64,000 nucleotides of DNA from an uncultured Mycoplasmatota bacterium (GCA_945919295.1 CAMEJC010000001.1:16973-80972), one strand, 5' to 3'. Counted from the stretch's first letter, positions 45,662 to 55,054 are shown. Numbers and translations are program-made. The notes: generated by a model from the letters alone, not told the origin.

Positions 45662-45865
45662 TTATTTTATAACTTCTAACTCCAATATTTCATATTTTTT
45701 TGGAGTATAATTATAGGGGTTCTTACGTATTTCTTCCATTAATCTTACTGCTTCTTGCTCTGCTATTTCTTTAGTTGAATATAGCTTTTTTATATACTCT
45801 CCAGCATAATAAAATTTATCACTTGCTTCTGGTCCGTAAATAATATGTATTTGATAGTACTTCAT
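45662..45865 (-). CDS. hypothetical protein
   Basis: 67 aa behind class-A promoter 45901-45958. Confidence 0.4.
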   Translation of the reverse strand: MKYYQIHIIYGPEASDKFYYAGEYIKKLYSTKEIAEQEAVRLMEEIRKNPYNYTPKKYEILELEVIK

Positions 45866-45900
45866 ATTTTTTTATTTTTAGTTAATACTTGTTTTTGTTT

Positions 45901-45958
45901 TGGTACTGCAAAGATACGACAAATATTTCATATATATGGAAACTTTGTTTATAAAAAA
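45901..45958 (-). promoter_or_regulatory. class-A promoter
   Basis: Same consensus. Confidence 0.55.
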
Positions 45959-46009
45959 AAATAAGGTTCAAACTAAAAACCTTAAAAATAAATTTTAATA
46001 ATTAAAAAA

Positions 46010-46100
46010 AGAGAACCTAACAGCGTGGTCGTTGCCTTGCACAATCACTGTTGCCCTTAATTTACTAAGGTCTCAGGGTTACTGGTTTGTTCTCTCCTAC
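46010..46100 (-). ncRNA. candidate structured RNA or extended terminator
   Basis: G+C-rich segment with long-range inverted repeat AGAGAAC...GTTCTCT and internal GTTGCC repeats; on the minus strand it is followed by T7. Confidence 0.25.
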
Positions 46101-46236
46101 TATTAACCCTTTTTCGGACAATAAATAAGCATACTCTATAAATCCTTAACATCAGGCAAACTAAACGAGTATGCACTATCAATATCATTTTCCATATATT
46201 AGATAGTAAGTTTATTTCAAAATATTATACGTTTAT

Positions 46237-47127
46237 CTATGATTCGCTTTTTTTCATTTCTGATTCTAATTCATCTAATCTAAATATTATATTAGCTTTA
46301 TCATTATTTAAATCTTTATGGCCAACCCAAAAAAGGTCATTAGGTAATGGTAATACGTTAGTATAAAGTTTAAATTTTCCCTTTATCCAATATGACTCAC
46401 CATTTTCATTATGTCCTTTATTGATTAAACTGAATCCTAAATTAACTAGTTCATTTGGTGTAATGTATTTTGACATCTCATCATTAGACCATTCTGTATG
46501 TGGATATAAATAATAATATGCTTTATTCAGATAACTTGGTTCTGTTAGCATATTCCAAGTAAATGAAGTATCAACAGTAATAACTTCAGTATTACCTTCA
46601 AATTTTCGAGTTTCTTTATTATATTCTCGACTTGATAATCTTACTTCAAGTTTGATTTTTTTATCAGGATCATTATCATCAAAGTAAGCTTTAAAATTAT
46701 ATGGACGTTTATCCCTTATTGTAGTTAAATTAATTTCTTCATGTTCAATTAATTTAATCACAAATAATCTAGATTCGATTGGAGTTACATAACATATATA
46801 ACCATCATACCAACCAATTGATGGGTTAAATTCAGGCAGTACTAAAAATTTAGGTATCTCTTTTAGTGAACCATCAACACAACCCTCATCATCACCATAA
46901 TCTTGAAGTATTTGAAGTTTAGTTTTAAGTTCACCTCCTGTTAATTCTATATTATTATAATAACCATTAACTTCCTCATCATACTCTTTTAATGGATATA
47001 CAAATGTTTTATCTAAAAAATTAGTTTGTATACCTTTCATTGGTATTTCTTGCTCAATTGTATTTTTATTAAATTCCATCACAACGATAGAATTAATATT
47101 CATTAAATCTTTTATTATATAATACAT
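46237..47127 (-). CDS. hypothetical protein
   Basis: 296-aa ORF. Confidence 0.45.
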   Translation of the reverse strand: MYYIIKDLMNINSIVVMEFNKNTIEQEIPMKGIQTNFLDKTFVYPLKEYDEEVNGYYNNIELTGGELKTKLQILQDYGDDEGCVDGSLKEIPKFLVLPEFNPSIGWYDGYICYVTPIESRLFVIKLIEHEEINLTTIRDKRPYNFKAYFDDNDPDKKIKLEVRLSSREYNKETRKFEGNTEVITVDTSFTWNMLTEPSYLNKAYYYLYPHTEWSNDEMSKYITPNELVNLGFSLINKGHNENGESYWIKGKFKLYTNVLPLPNDLFWVGHKDLNNDKANIIFRLDELESEMKKSES

Positions 47128-47143
47128 ATTAATTATTATTTAT

Positions 47144-47422
47144 TTAATTATTATTTAAATTATGTATAACCTCAATATCAATTGCTTTATTGTATTCTAC
47201 ACTAATTTCAGTTACTTTGTAACCGATGTTTCCGTTTTCAAAATCTAATAACGTATATTTTTCTACATCACTTATTATAAAAAATAGCGCAAAACATTCA
47301 ATAATGAATACCATAAAAATACTCACAAGAAATTGATATGCTTCCATTTTATTATAATAAACTCCTATATAAAAGACTGAAATGAGTCCTAATAGGCCAA
47401 GTGTTAATCCGATATGAATCAT
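47144..47422 (-). CDS. small membrane protein
   Basis: Two TM helices; paralog of 52769-53035. Confidence 0.45.
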   Translation of the reverse strand: MIHIGLTLGLLGLISVFYIGVYYNKMEAYQFLVSIFMVFIIECFALFFIISDVEKYTLLDFENGNIGYKVTEISVEYNKAIDIEVIHNLNNN

Positions 47423-47440
47423 AATTATTATTTGTTTAAA

Positions 47441-47845
47441 TTAAAAATTATACATTCCTTCAGGTGCTTCAACGGCTAACCCTTTTTCAATAAGACCTCT
47501 ATAATCAAAATGACGAGAATTAAGCCAATCAATGAATGACTCTGCATCACATGTATCTATTAAAGTATAATTAATGAAATCATTAAGTGTATCCCACTCC
47601 GAATAACCCCACTTGTATTTGATGTACTTCTTTTCTTCAGGAGTCATCGAAGATAATGGACGGAGATAAGGTCTTACTTGAGAAATAGTGTATAAATCGT
47701 TAGAGCCGTCATCAACGCTGACTTCCTCATACCAATTTACAGATTCCATCATTACCTTATGGTTTTCATCAACATTTACAATAACACCATAAGGTATTCT
47801 GCAAGAAAGGTCTTTAAGTAATAATTGTTTTTCTTTTTGTGTCAT
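47441..47845 (-). CDS. hypothetical protein, family C
   Basis: MTQKEKQLLLKDLSCRIPYGV...HFDYRGLIEKGLAVEAPEGMYNF. Confidence 0.5.
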   Translation of the reverse strand: MTQKEKQLLLKDLSCRIPYGVIVNVDENHKVMMESVNWYEEVSVDDGSNDLYTISQVRPYLRPLSSMTPEEKKYIKYKWGYSEWDTLNDFINYTLIDTCDAESFIDWLNSRHFDYRGLIEKGLAVEAPEGMYNF

Positions 47846-48076
47846 TTTTAACTTAATTTAAGTTCAACTTCTTCTTTTAGTTTGATACCGCAAAGGTACA
47901 ATAAGTTTTTCATATACTACATAATTTTGTTTATAAAAAAGACACACAAAACCTGTATAGGTGGCAATAGTAGTAAAAGATGTTCCTTCTCTAAAAATTT
48001 TACTTGGCTACTTATCCTTTACACTTATCAAGTAAATCACAATAAAATTGGAAAATCAGGACTTTGAATTTTGTTA

Positions 48077-48997
48077 TTACCAATTTTTATAAAAGTCATC
48101 ACAATCATTAGTTGTCCCTAATAGATGTTTATTTTCTTCGTAAGGGATACATTGTACATATACATGATTACCAGTAGCGTAATAATATCCTTCTTTTTGA
48201 AATCCAAAAAAATCTGCTACCCATTTCAATTCATCATCTTGACGCACAAGTACCTTATCAAAAGGTTTCAACGTGGTTATATCGAATTTGTTTGGAACTA
48301 ATTCCCAATCATTATCTTCATCAAAATAAATCTTGCCTATTTCATTGGCTATTTCTGTTTTATATAGGTAACACCCACATTCATGTACAACCTCCGTTAT
48401 CTTAACCTTATTACCTTCTTTATCTTGTACAACATCACCGACTTTGAATTTAAGCTTTCCCAGTATACCAACAACTCTCAAAGTCTTTGTATCAGCGTCC
48501 CAACGATAACCATTATCTTGAATTGCTTTGAATAGTTCCTGTTTTTCTTCTTCGGTAGCAAATTTTATTTCTTCATCTTTCAATGCGATACAACAGTTTT
48601 TACAAAACCCAACACGTATATATAGTACAAAATGAGATTTAACAAGTGTCGTATTTATTCTATTTTTATATATAAAGATAACTAAATTCCCGTTTACTTT
48701 ACCTGTACACACATCTCCATCCTTAAATGGTCGATGAAAGCCCTCCCAAGTGGTTTTACCTTTTGGGAAGATAACACATTTATGATATTGTGATTTATAA
48801 GTTTGTCCATATTTTGTTAATGTATTGGTAAAAATCATATTATTGTGTGTGATTGAAATTTTAATTGGATACATATTACTTTTAGTAATTTCCTCAAATT
48901 TTACTACTCCATTATAATTAGGACTATCCAACTCCATACCATTAGGACAATCTTTTAGAATCTCTGCTATATTTATTTTCTCTTCCATAATTATCAT
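48077..48997 (-). CDS. hypothetical protein, family A (long form)
   Basis: IKFATEEEKQELFKAIQDNGYRWDADTKTL and C-term CIPYEENKHLLGTTNDCDDFYKNW. Confidence 0.5.
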   Translation of the reverse strand: MIIMEEKINIAEILKDCPNGMELDSPNYNGVVKFEEITKSNMYPIKISITHNNMIFTNTLTKYGQTYKSQYHKCVIFPKGKTTWEGFHRPFKDGDVCTGKVNGNLVIFIYKNRINTTLVKSHFVLYIRVGFCKNCCIALKDEEIKFATEEEKQELFKAIQDNGYRWDADTKTLRVVGILGKLKFKVGDVVQDKEGNKVKITEVVHECGCYLYKTEIANEIGKIYFDEDNDWELVPNKFDITTLKPFDKVLVRQDDELKWVADFFGFQKEGYYYATGNHVYVQCIPYEENKHLLGTTNDCDDFYKNW

Positions 48998-49473
48998 ATA
49001 ATTTCATTAACTTTATCAAAATTAGGTTTAATATATTCAAGATGTGTGATAATGAAATGACACAAATCAGGAACTTCTACACCACTTGTTAAAATAAATA
49101 TTAGGTCATCATCACTTTCATAAGGATTACAAATAAGATAAATTTTGATAAGCTGTCCTACCGTCCAACAAGGAATATCAGTTTTTTTCAGTTTATCCTT
49201 AACTCCGCTCAAATCAATTCTTTCTCCATTTTCAATTGTATACGTTCCTGAAGGGTTAGTATGTCTTAACAGGGGTTCATCAAGATAATACGTTCCTTCT
49301 TTTGGACATTCATCTAATCCAGTATATGCTCCTGCACAAACATCTTTATATTGTAGTTTGTAGTACATATCTGCACTTTCTTTAGGTAATCCTAAATCTA
49401 TCAAATGCTTACTTTGTTCAATAGTTGTGTAATTTGGATCTTTAATAAGATCCAATGCTTGTAGTAAATTCAT
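48994..49473 (-). CDS. hypothetical protein
   Basis: 159 aa; ATGA overlap with the downstream gene. Confidence 0.45.
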   Translation of the reverse strand: MNLLQALDLIKDPNYTTIEQSKHLIDLGLPKESADMYYKLQYKDVCAGAYTGLDECPKEGTYYLDEPLLRHTNPSGTYTIENGERIDLSGVKDKLKKTDIPCWTVGQLIKIYLICNPYESDDDLIFILTSGVEVPDLCHFIITHLEYIKPNFDKVNEII

Positions 49474-49477
49474 TATA

Positions 49478-49873
49478 TTATTCTCCTTTCTCTAAAATCA
49501 TTTCAAGTGCTTTCTTGATACCAGCTTCTTGGGCTTCTTCGTAAAACCTGTATATATCAGTAGAATATCCAGATATATTAGTTTCTACACGTGCAATATA
49601 TTCTTTATCTGTAAGAAATTTTACAACAACAAAAACCTCATAGTTCTTTACTTCTCTCAACCATCTTTGTGCTACATCGAGAGTTGGTGCAAGCAAGCAA
49701 TAATCAAGTTTTAATATACTTTTTGCTTTTTTGTCATTATCTTCTAAATTCCACATATAATCATCTTCAACATAGCAAAAATGAATCATTTCACATTCCC
49801 AATCAAAACCTGCTTTTTTTAATAGTTTTGCTACTTCAAGCGATACGTAGCATTCGTGATTTACCGTTTCCAT
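49478..49873 (-). CDS. hypothetical protein, family B
   Basis: METVNHECYVSLEVAKLLKKAGFDWE ... ILEKGE. Confidence 0.5.
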   Translation of the reverse strand: METVNHECYVSLEVAKLLKKAGFDWECEMIHFCYVEDDYMWNLEDNDKKAKSILKLDYCLLAPTLDVAQRWLREVKNYEVFVVVKFLTDKEYIARVETNISGYSTDIYRFYEEAQEAGIKKALEMILEKGE

Positions 49874-49883
49874 AATTATTTTT

Positions 49884-50081
49884 TTATTGTTTCATTTTAT
49901 GATAAGGATGCCAACGATATGATGTATTGAAATCGGAACTATCCTCAATATATCCACAATGTGGGCACTTATAATACACTCTATTATGATATGCTGGCCA
50001 TGATTTACAATTATCAAATGACTTCAAGCATTTTGGACAAACTAATGGTGGTATATGTTCATATTCTTTCGTCATAATCAT
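49884..50081 (-). CDS. zinc-ribbon protein
   Basis: CPKC ... CPHC pairs. Confidence 0.45.
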   Translation of the reverse strand: MIMTKEYEHIPPLVCPKCLKSFDNCKSWPAYHNRVYYKCPHCGYIEDSSDFNTSYRWHPYHKMKQ

Positions 50082-50269
50082 TCTCTGTCAGTAGTAGATA
50101 TTCTATCTTTATTGAACCAATCTCCAACAATACATAAAGATGCTTTAGCAGTTTCTATAGGGGTGCCGTGTACCCAATATTCTATAATTATTTCGTATGC
50201 AACATTTGCTCCTATAACAAACCTGAAATAACCTTTACTTACTTCTGTCCAATTTTTTAATTCTTTCAT
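50078..50269 (-). CDS. hypothetical protein
   Basis: 63-aa ORF. Confidence 0.35.
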   Translation of the reverse strand: MKELKNWTEVSKGYFRFVIGANVAYEIIIEYWVHGTPIETAKASLCIVGDWFNKDRISTTDRE

Positions 50270-50432
50270 TTTAAAAATTATTATTATTTAATGTCAATAA
50301 CTTTTATTTCACCACATTTATGACAAATATAAATGTAATGATAATGTGAACCAAAATTATCTTCTTTCACAAGTTTCCATTCATGAAAACAAGCTTTCTT
50401 TAATAGTATTTTTTTAATTGCTTCCCACATAA

Positions 50433-50792
50433 TTAGTATATATTTAATCCTGTTGCATCAATTGCAAGTCCTTTTTCAATAAGTCCTCTATAATCGAAAT
50501 GGTTTTTGTTATAAAAATCTATTAGATTTGACTCATATCCAGGAATGTAATATTTACATATCTCATATTCTTCTTGCTCTTGTTCTTTGCTCATACTTGA
50601 CAAAGGAAATAAGTAAGGTTTTACATCAGAAATCGTATATACCTCGGTAGATACAATACCAACTTCAACTTCATAATACCAATTTACAGATTCCAGCACG
50701 TTATTATAGGTTCCATTAATATTTACAATAACACCATAAGGTATTCTGCAAGAAAGATCCTTTATTAAAAGCTCTTTATTTTCTTGTGTCAT
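50433..50792 (-). CDS. hypothetical protein, family C
   Basis: MTQENKELLIKDLSCRIPYGV ... HFDYRGLIEKGLAIDATGLNIY. Confidence 0.5.
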   Translation of the reverse strand: MTQENKELLIKDLSCRIPYGVIVNINGTYNNVLESVNWYYEVEVGIVSTEVYTISDVKPYLFPLSSMSKEQEQEEYEICKYYIPGYESNLIDFYNKNHFDYRGLIEKGLAIDATGLNIY

Positions 50793-50794
50793 AG

Positions 50795-51241
50795 TTATTT
50801 CTTATTAAAAAATTTATTAACTTTATAGTTTGCAAGTTTATAAGAATTGCCAAAACGTGTAGGAGCAACAAATCCAAGCTTGTACAATTTACGAGAATAA
50901 ACAGGAGGCATTAATGGTAATTTAGTACATTCAAAAGCAAAGAAATGTCTAATAGTGTATAATAAACATTCATTATAAGTAAGGTTATGCACGGTCATAC
51001 CTATAATAATGTTTTCATTCCAATCTTGTAATCTAATAGGTTTTGTAATTCCTTTTTTAACCAATTCATCTATATATGTTAATGCTATAGATATTGGATT
51101 ATTACAAGGTAGATAATCATCAAGAGTTAAGATTTTCTGTGCTTCTGTAATAATATTCATCTTGTTGTCAATAGGTTGATACCAATTCTTACACCAAAGA
51201 ATGAAGTTATTTAATTGTACTTCATTTTCCATAATCATCAT
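50795..51241 (-). CDS. hypothetical protein
   Basis: 148-aa ORF. Confidence 0.45.
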   Translation of the reverse strand: MMIMENEVQLNNFILWCKNWYQPIDNKMNIITEAQKILTLDDYLPCNNPISIALTYIDELVKKGITKPIRLQDWNENIIIGMTVHNLTYNECLLYTIRHFFAFECTKLPLMPPVYSRKLYKLGFVAPTRFGNSYKLANYKVNKFFNKK

Positions 51242-51287
51242 TTTTTAATATCAATGTGATGTTTGTAACACCAATTAACAAATTAAA

Positions 51288-51497
51288 TTAAGTGTGCCTG
51301 TAATAACCGCCCAAACATTTTTCATAACCAATTGCACAATAACACGGGTTCTTTCCGTTATTTAAATATTTAGCCATTAAAAATTCTTTTCCATCATCAG
51401 TAAATGTGCCAAATATTGTGTATTCCGTTCTACCAATTTTTATTTTGCTACCTGGGGTTAGCTTAATGTTGTTAAGATTTGTTAAATTCTTTTCCAT
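51288..51497 (-). CDS. hypothetical protein
   Basis: 69-aa ORF. Confidence 0.35.
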   Translation of the reverse strand: MEKNLTNLNNIKLTPGSKIKIGRTEYTIFGTFTDDGKEFLMAKYLNNGKNPCYCAIGYEKCLGGYYRHT

Positions 51498-51552
51498 ATT
51501 CCATGATTTTGGTTAAATTAAAACTTATACATTTTTTCAGGCAATTCAATGG

Positions 51553-51816
51553 CTAAATCTTCTTCAATGCTTTCTCGAAATCTTTGATTAATTCACCACT
51601 GCAATTGTAACCCACTAAATCTTTGAAATAAGGGGTCACCCATTCGCAAGCTTTGTCTATCAGTGCTTGCTTCTCTTTGGCAAACTGCTCGTCTTTCCAT
51701 TCTGCCATTTCCATTAATAATTTTTTAATAGTAACACGACTGCTCTCTGTGTAGATGATACCTAAGATGATACCTAATTCATCAACTAATGATTCTACTT
51801 TTTCTTCTTGTGTCAT
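51553..51816 (-). CDS. hypothetical protein, family D
   Basis: MAEWKDEQFAKEKQALIDKACEW. Confidence 0.45.
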   Translation of the reverse strand: MTQEEKVESLVDELGIILGIIYTESSRVTIKKLLMEMAEWKDEQFAKEKQALIDKACEWVTPYFKDLVGYNCSGELIKDFEKALKKI

Positions 51817-51915
51817 AGTTTAATTAATTTAAGTTCAACTTCTTCTTTTAGTTTGACACAGCAAAGGTACAAGAAAATTCTAATATACTACATAATTTTG
51901 TTTATAAAAAAATAG

Positions 51916-52593
51916 TACCACCAGTGGGATTCGAACCCACACGGACATTTCTGTCCAACTGTTTTTCATACCACGCTACGATACCATACACAAACAATCT
52001 TGTATTATTTTCTACTATGTTTTATATACACCTACAATTATATTCTCAGTGCGTTTATTCATAGCCCCAATTTCGGCTATTATTGTTGTGATATGTTACC
52101 ATAGTTACCTTGAATATGTGCATCAAAAAAAACATCCTTTCGGAATAGGCACCTCCCATCAAAACATCAAGGTGTTGTGGTATTTGGCTGTCTTTACCAT
52201 ATTGAAATTCTTCGAAGTAATAAAGAATCATGAATAACATTGGTTTTAATAAGGTTTTCCGTACCTTGATTCTTTATAATATCAACGTAGGTATCTCCCA
52301 TTCAGCCTGTACACAATTAAAGTAGAAGTTCACTTCATTATACCATTATAGAACTTTAATTGCTCGATGTAGTCCTTGCACATTATTGATTAGTGTCAGT
52401 AAATTATTGAAATTATTGTCTCCGCAGTGCGAATTAAGTCAAAATTAGGATTTCGATTACCGATTTCCATTTATTAACCCAATAATCTCTTAAAGGATTT
52501 CCACCGAAATTAGGAGATTATAACAAGGGTTGTTCACGCCTTGCCACTCAAATTCATTGAGTCAGTCTTGTCTTCCGTTTCCAACATGGTGGT
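51916..52593 (-). tRNA. split tRNA (Leu-like, long variable arm) interrupted in the anticodon loop by about 590 nt (candidate group I intron)
   Basis: 5' part 52559-52593 (ACCACCATGTTGG...GACTGACTC) and 3' part 51916-51966 (AAAACAGTTGGACAGAAATGTCCGTGTGGGTTCGAATCCCACTGGTGGTA) align to the intact tRNA-Leu copies; anticodon reconstructs as CAA if spliced after C34. Confidence 0.45.
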
Positions 52594-52682
52594 TTATTTC
52601 AATATTTCAAAGATTAGGTACTCATTTGAGTACTTTTAGTTTCACATTTCTGACTTTTACATATTAATAATTTAATTGTTAG

Positions 52683-52756
52683 TGCGCCCAACAGGACTTG
52701 AACCTGTAGCCTGCTGATTATGAGTCAGCTGCTCTAACCTATTGAGCTATAGGCGC
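52683..52756 (-). tRNA. tRNA-Met(CAT) (elongator, or Ile-lysidine type)
   Basis: 74 nt; acceptor GCGCCTA/TGGGCGC; anticodon arm GCTGA-CTCATAA-TCAGC; T-arm ACAGGTTCAAGTCCTGT. Confidence 0.8.
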
Positions 52757-52768
52757 TAGAAAATATTA

Positions 52769-53035
52769 CTATTTGTTTATTACTATAATATCTGTCGTCT
52801 TATTATTCTCGACATCGACATTTTTTACTTTATAGCTGATATCACCATTGTCATAGAATATCAGAGTTTCTTTCTCTGCTCCCTCATAAAATAACAATAT
52901 TCCGAAGGAAGCTGAAAGTACTAAAAGAACAAAACTAATGTATGAAGCTAAGCCATTCCATTTATTAATTAAAAACCCTACAGCAAGTGCTGCAACTATC
53001 GAGACAAAAATCATTATAAAACCAAAAATTAGCAT
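52769..53035 (-). CDS. small membrane protein (paralog of 47144)
   Basis: Two TM helices; C-term GDISYKVKNVDVENNKTTDIIVINK vs GNIGYKVTEISVEYNKAIDIEVIH. Confidence 0.45.
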   Translation of the reverse strand: MLIFGFIMIFVSIVAALAVGFLINKWNGLASYISFVLLVLSASFGILLFYEGAEKETLIFYDNGDISYKVKNVDVENNKTTDIIVINK

Positions 53036-53048
53036 AGATAGAATTGTT

Positions 53049-53417
53049 TTATTCCGTTAAACATGTAAAATCAAAATCACCACTTTCTACTTGTAAACGC
53101 TTTATCGTTTCTATGTCTTCTTTATAGAACTCGAAATTTGGTTCATACCGAAAATTTGGTGTTACACAAAGACCTGCATCAGTATCATCTTTTTGAACAC
53201 TCTTTGTAGCATCGCAAATTGACGATAAAATGCTTTCAAGTAGTCTTACTGCATCATCTTTCTTGGTCGCATCTCTTTCAAGTTCGTTAATTCTACTAAC
53301 TAACTTTTCAATAAGACGATTTACACTGGAAACACTATAAAAATGATCGTACTCCCTTCCGATTGGGCTGTTTCGATGGACTACCATCAACTCTTTCTTT
53401 GCGTCTTCTACTGTCAT
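53049..53417 (-). CDS. hypothetical protein
   Basis: 122-aa ORF. Confidence 0.45.
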   Translation of the reverse strand: MTVEDAKKELMVVHRNSPIGREYDHFYSVSSVNRLIEKLVSRINELERDATKKDDAVRLLESILSSICDATKSVQKDDTDAGLCVTPNFRYEPNFEFYKEDIETIKRLQVESGDFDFTCLTE

Positions 53418-53437
53418 AATACTTGATATTAAAATAA

Positions 53438-53839
53438 TTATTTTAGTTTTTTAAGTTCGTGTTCAATACACTCTCCTAACCAAGTACAACCATTATAAAA
53501 TTCAATAACATAATCGTATGTACCATCATTATTATCTTTCAAGAATGATATATCTTCAACTTCTATATCTTCAATAGTTTCGTAAATATTTCCCTTTATA
53601 TCATAGAACTTATTATCCATACCAAACTCATGACAAGTATCAAAAAATAGATATTCCCATGGTCCCATATTTCTACGAAATATAGATGTTTTTGATTGGA
53701 AATAAGCATCTTTAATGTCCTCTTCGCTTAACTTTGTAAACTTACGATATTGTTCTTCAAAAAACTTTTCAGTATTATTATCGTATTTTGACAAATCTAC
53801 TTTCTTAAATTTACCAATATGTTTTTCAAATTCACTCAT
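53438..53839 (-). CDS. hypothetical protein
   Basis: 133-aa ORF. Confidence 0.45.
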   Translation of the reverse strand: MSEFEKHIGKFKKVDLSKYDNNTEKFFEEQYRKFTKLSEEDIKDAYFQSKTSIFRRNMGPWEYLFFDTCHEFGMDNKFYDIKGNIYETIEDIEVEDISFLKDNNDGTYDYVIEFYNGCTWLGECIEHELKKLK

Positions 53840-53858
53840 AAATAATCTATTTTGTAGT

Positions 53859-54239
53859 TTAGTTATACATTTCTTCAGGTGCTTCGAGGGCTAATCCCTT
53901 TTCAATAAGTCCTCTGTAATCAAAATGACGAGAATTAAGCCAATCAAACATATCATACTTAAACCTTATATCAGCACCAGTAGTGTACTCTGACTGCAAT
54001 TCTAAAAACTCTTCAAACTTTTCACTTTCTTGCTCTGTCATACTAGACATTGGACGAAGATATGGTTTGCAATCCAACACTTTCAATCTATGATGTAGCA
54101 TATCATCAATCTCAACTTTTTCATCAGCTGTGTATTCACTATAAGGTTCAAAAGTTTTTCGTTTATATTGTACGATTAATCCGTAAGGCAACCTTGCACT
54201 GATTTCTTTAAGCAATAATTCGTTTTCTTCTTGTGTCAT
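53859..54239 (-). CDS. hypothetical protein, family C
   Basis: MTQEENELLLKEISARLPYGL ... HFDYRGLIEKGLALEAPEEMYN. Confidence 0.5.
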   Translation of the reverse strand: MTQEENELLLKEISARLPYGLIVQYKRKTFEPYSEYTADEKVEIDDMLHHRLKVLDCKPYLRPMSSMTEQESEKFEEFLELQSEYTTGADIRFKYDMFDWLNSRHFDYRGLIEKGLALEAPEEMYN

Positions 54240-54271
54240 AGTTCAATTATTAATTTTAGTTTAATAAATTG

Positions 54272-54358
54272 TACCACCAGTGGGATTTGAACCCACACGG
54301 ACATTACTGCCCAACGGATTTTAAGTCCGTCTTGTCTACCTAGTTCCAACATGGTGGC
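54272..54358 (-). tRNA. tRNA-Leu(TAA), second copy
   Basis: Near-identical to 39158-39244 with a few substitutions. Confidence 0.85.
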
Positions 54359-54464
54359 ATATTTCAAAGATTAGATACTCATTTGAGTACTTTTATTTTC
54401 ACACTGCAAAGATAATATTTTCTTTTGAGATATATAACAATTTTGTTTATAAAATTTATAGTTG

Positions 54465-54549
54465 CGGAGGCTGTAGGATTCGAACCTACGGTACCTATTG
54501 GTACGGCGATTTTCAAGACCGCTGGATTAAACCACTCTCCCAAACCTCC
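54465..54549 (-). tRNA. tRNA-Ser(TGA), second copy
   Basis: Identical or near-identical to 40246-40330. Confidence 0.85.
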
Positions 54550-54575
54550 ATATTAGAAACTCTTTTCTAATTTTG

Positions 54576-54648
54576 AGCCTCTTGTTGGACTCGAACCAAC
54601 GACCACGAGATTACAAATCAAGTGCTCTACCTACTGAGCTAAAAAGGC
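54576..54648 (-). tRNA. tRNA, probable Thr(TGT); anticodon stem imperfect
   Basis: 73 nt; acceptor GCCTTTT/AAGAGGC; D-arm AGCTCAGTAGGTAGAGC (Thr-like); loop TTTGTAA gives TGT; T-arm GTTGGTTCGAGTCCAAC; two mismatches in the anticodon stem. Confidence 0.5.
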
Positions 54649-54877
54649 TAATAATATCTTCAAGTATAAAAGATTCCCACATCTCCTCTATACTATTATC
54701 AAAGCATGTAATAGTGGTTTGCTACATGAATAGATTAATTACTTCTATTTTTTCTTTGAGAAGATATAATTTTTAAGTGTTTATTCACTATAATTAGAGG
54801 TTTTTATAGTTGTTTTCCTTCAACTATTTTCGCACTGCAAAGATAATCTATTTTTTTGATATAAACAACTATTTTTT

Positions 54878-55054
54878 TTAATAACACATATTCATTTCTT
54901 GAATCTTTTGAAATGATTCCCACTCAAAAGCCGCATCTATGATTTCTTGTTCATCGTCGATGTTTGCACACCCCATTTCATCATAGATTACATTTGCTTG
55001 GAACTCTGTAAATCCTTCGTTCATTATTATTTCTAATTTTTCTTCTATTCCCAT
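54878..55054 (-). CDS. small acidic hypothetical protein (58 aa, below the ORF-track threshold)
   Basis: MGIEEKLEIIMNEGFTEFQANVIYDEMGCANIDDEQEIIDAAFEWESFQKIQEMNMCY after leader AAAAAAAAGAGACAATTATG; N-term resembles 42181-42513. Confidence 0.35.
   Translation of the reverse strand: MGIEEKLEIIMNEGFTEFQANVIYDEMGCANIDDEQEIIDAAFEWESFQKIQEMNMCY

Noticed and set aside
52049-52240. Overlapping 61-62 aa ORFs on both strands inside the tRNA intervening sequence
   Set aside because: They overlap each other on opposite strands within the candidate intron and have no homing-endonuclease motifs (LAGLIDADG, GIY-YIG, HNH). Treated as non-coding intron sequence
51916-52593. Interpretation of the split tRNA as attL/attR of an integrated element
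   Set aside because: Both tRNA halves are present in the correct order and orientation flanking only about 590 bp, with no integrase nearby, and the sequence differs from the intact Leu copies. An intron or an internal insertion is more parsimonious than an integration scar
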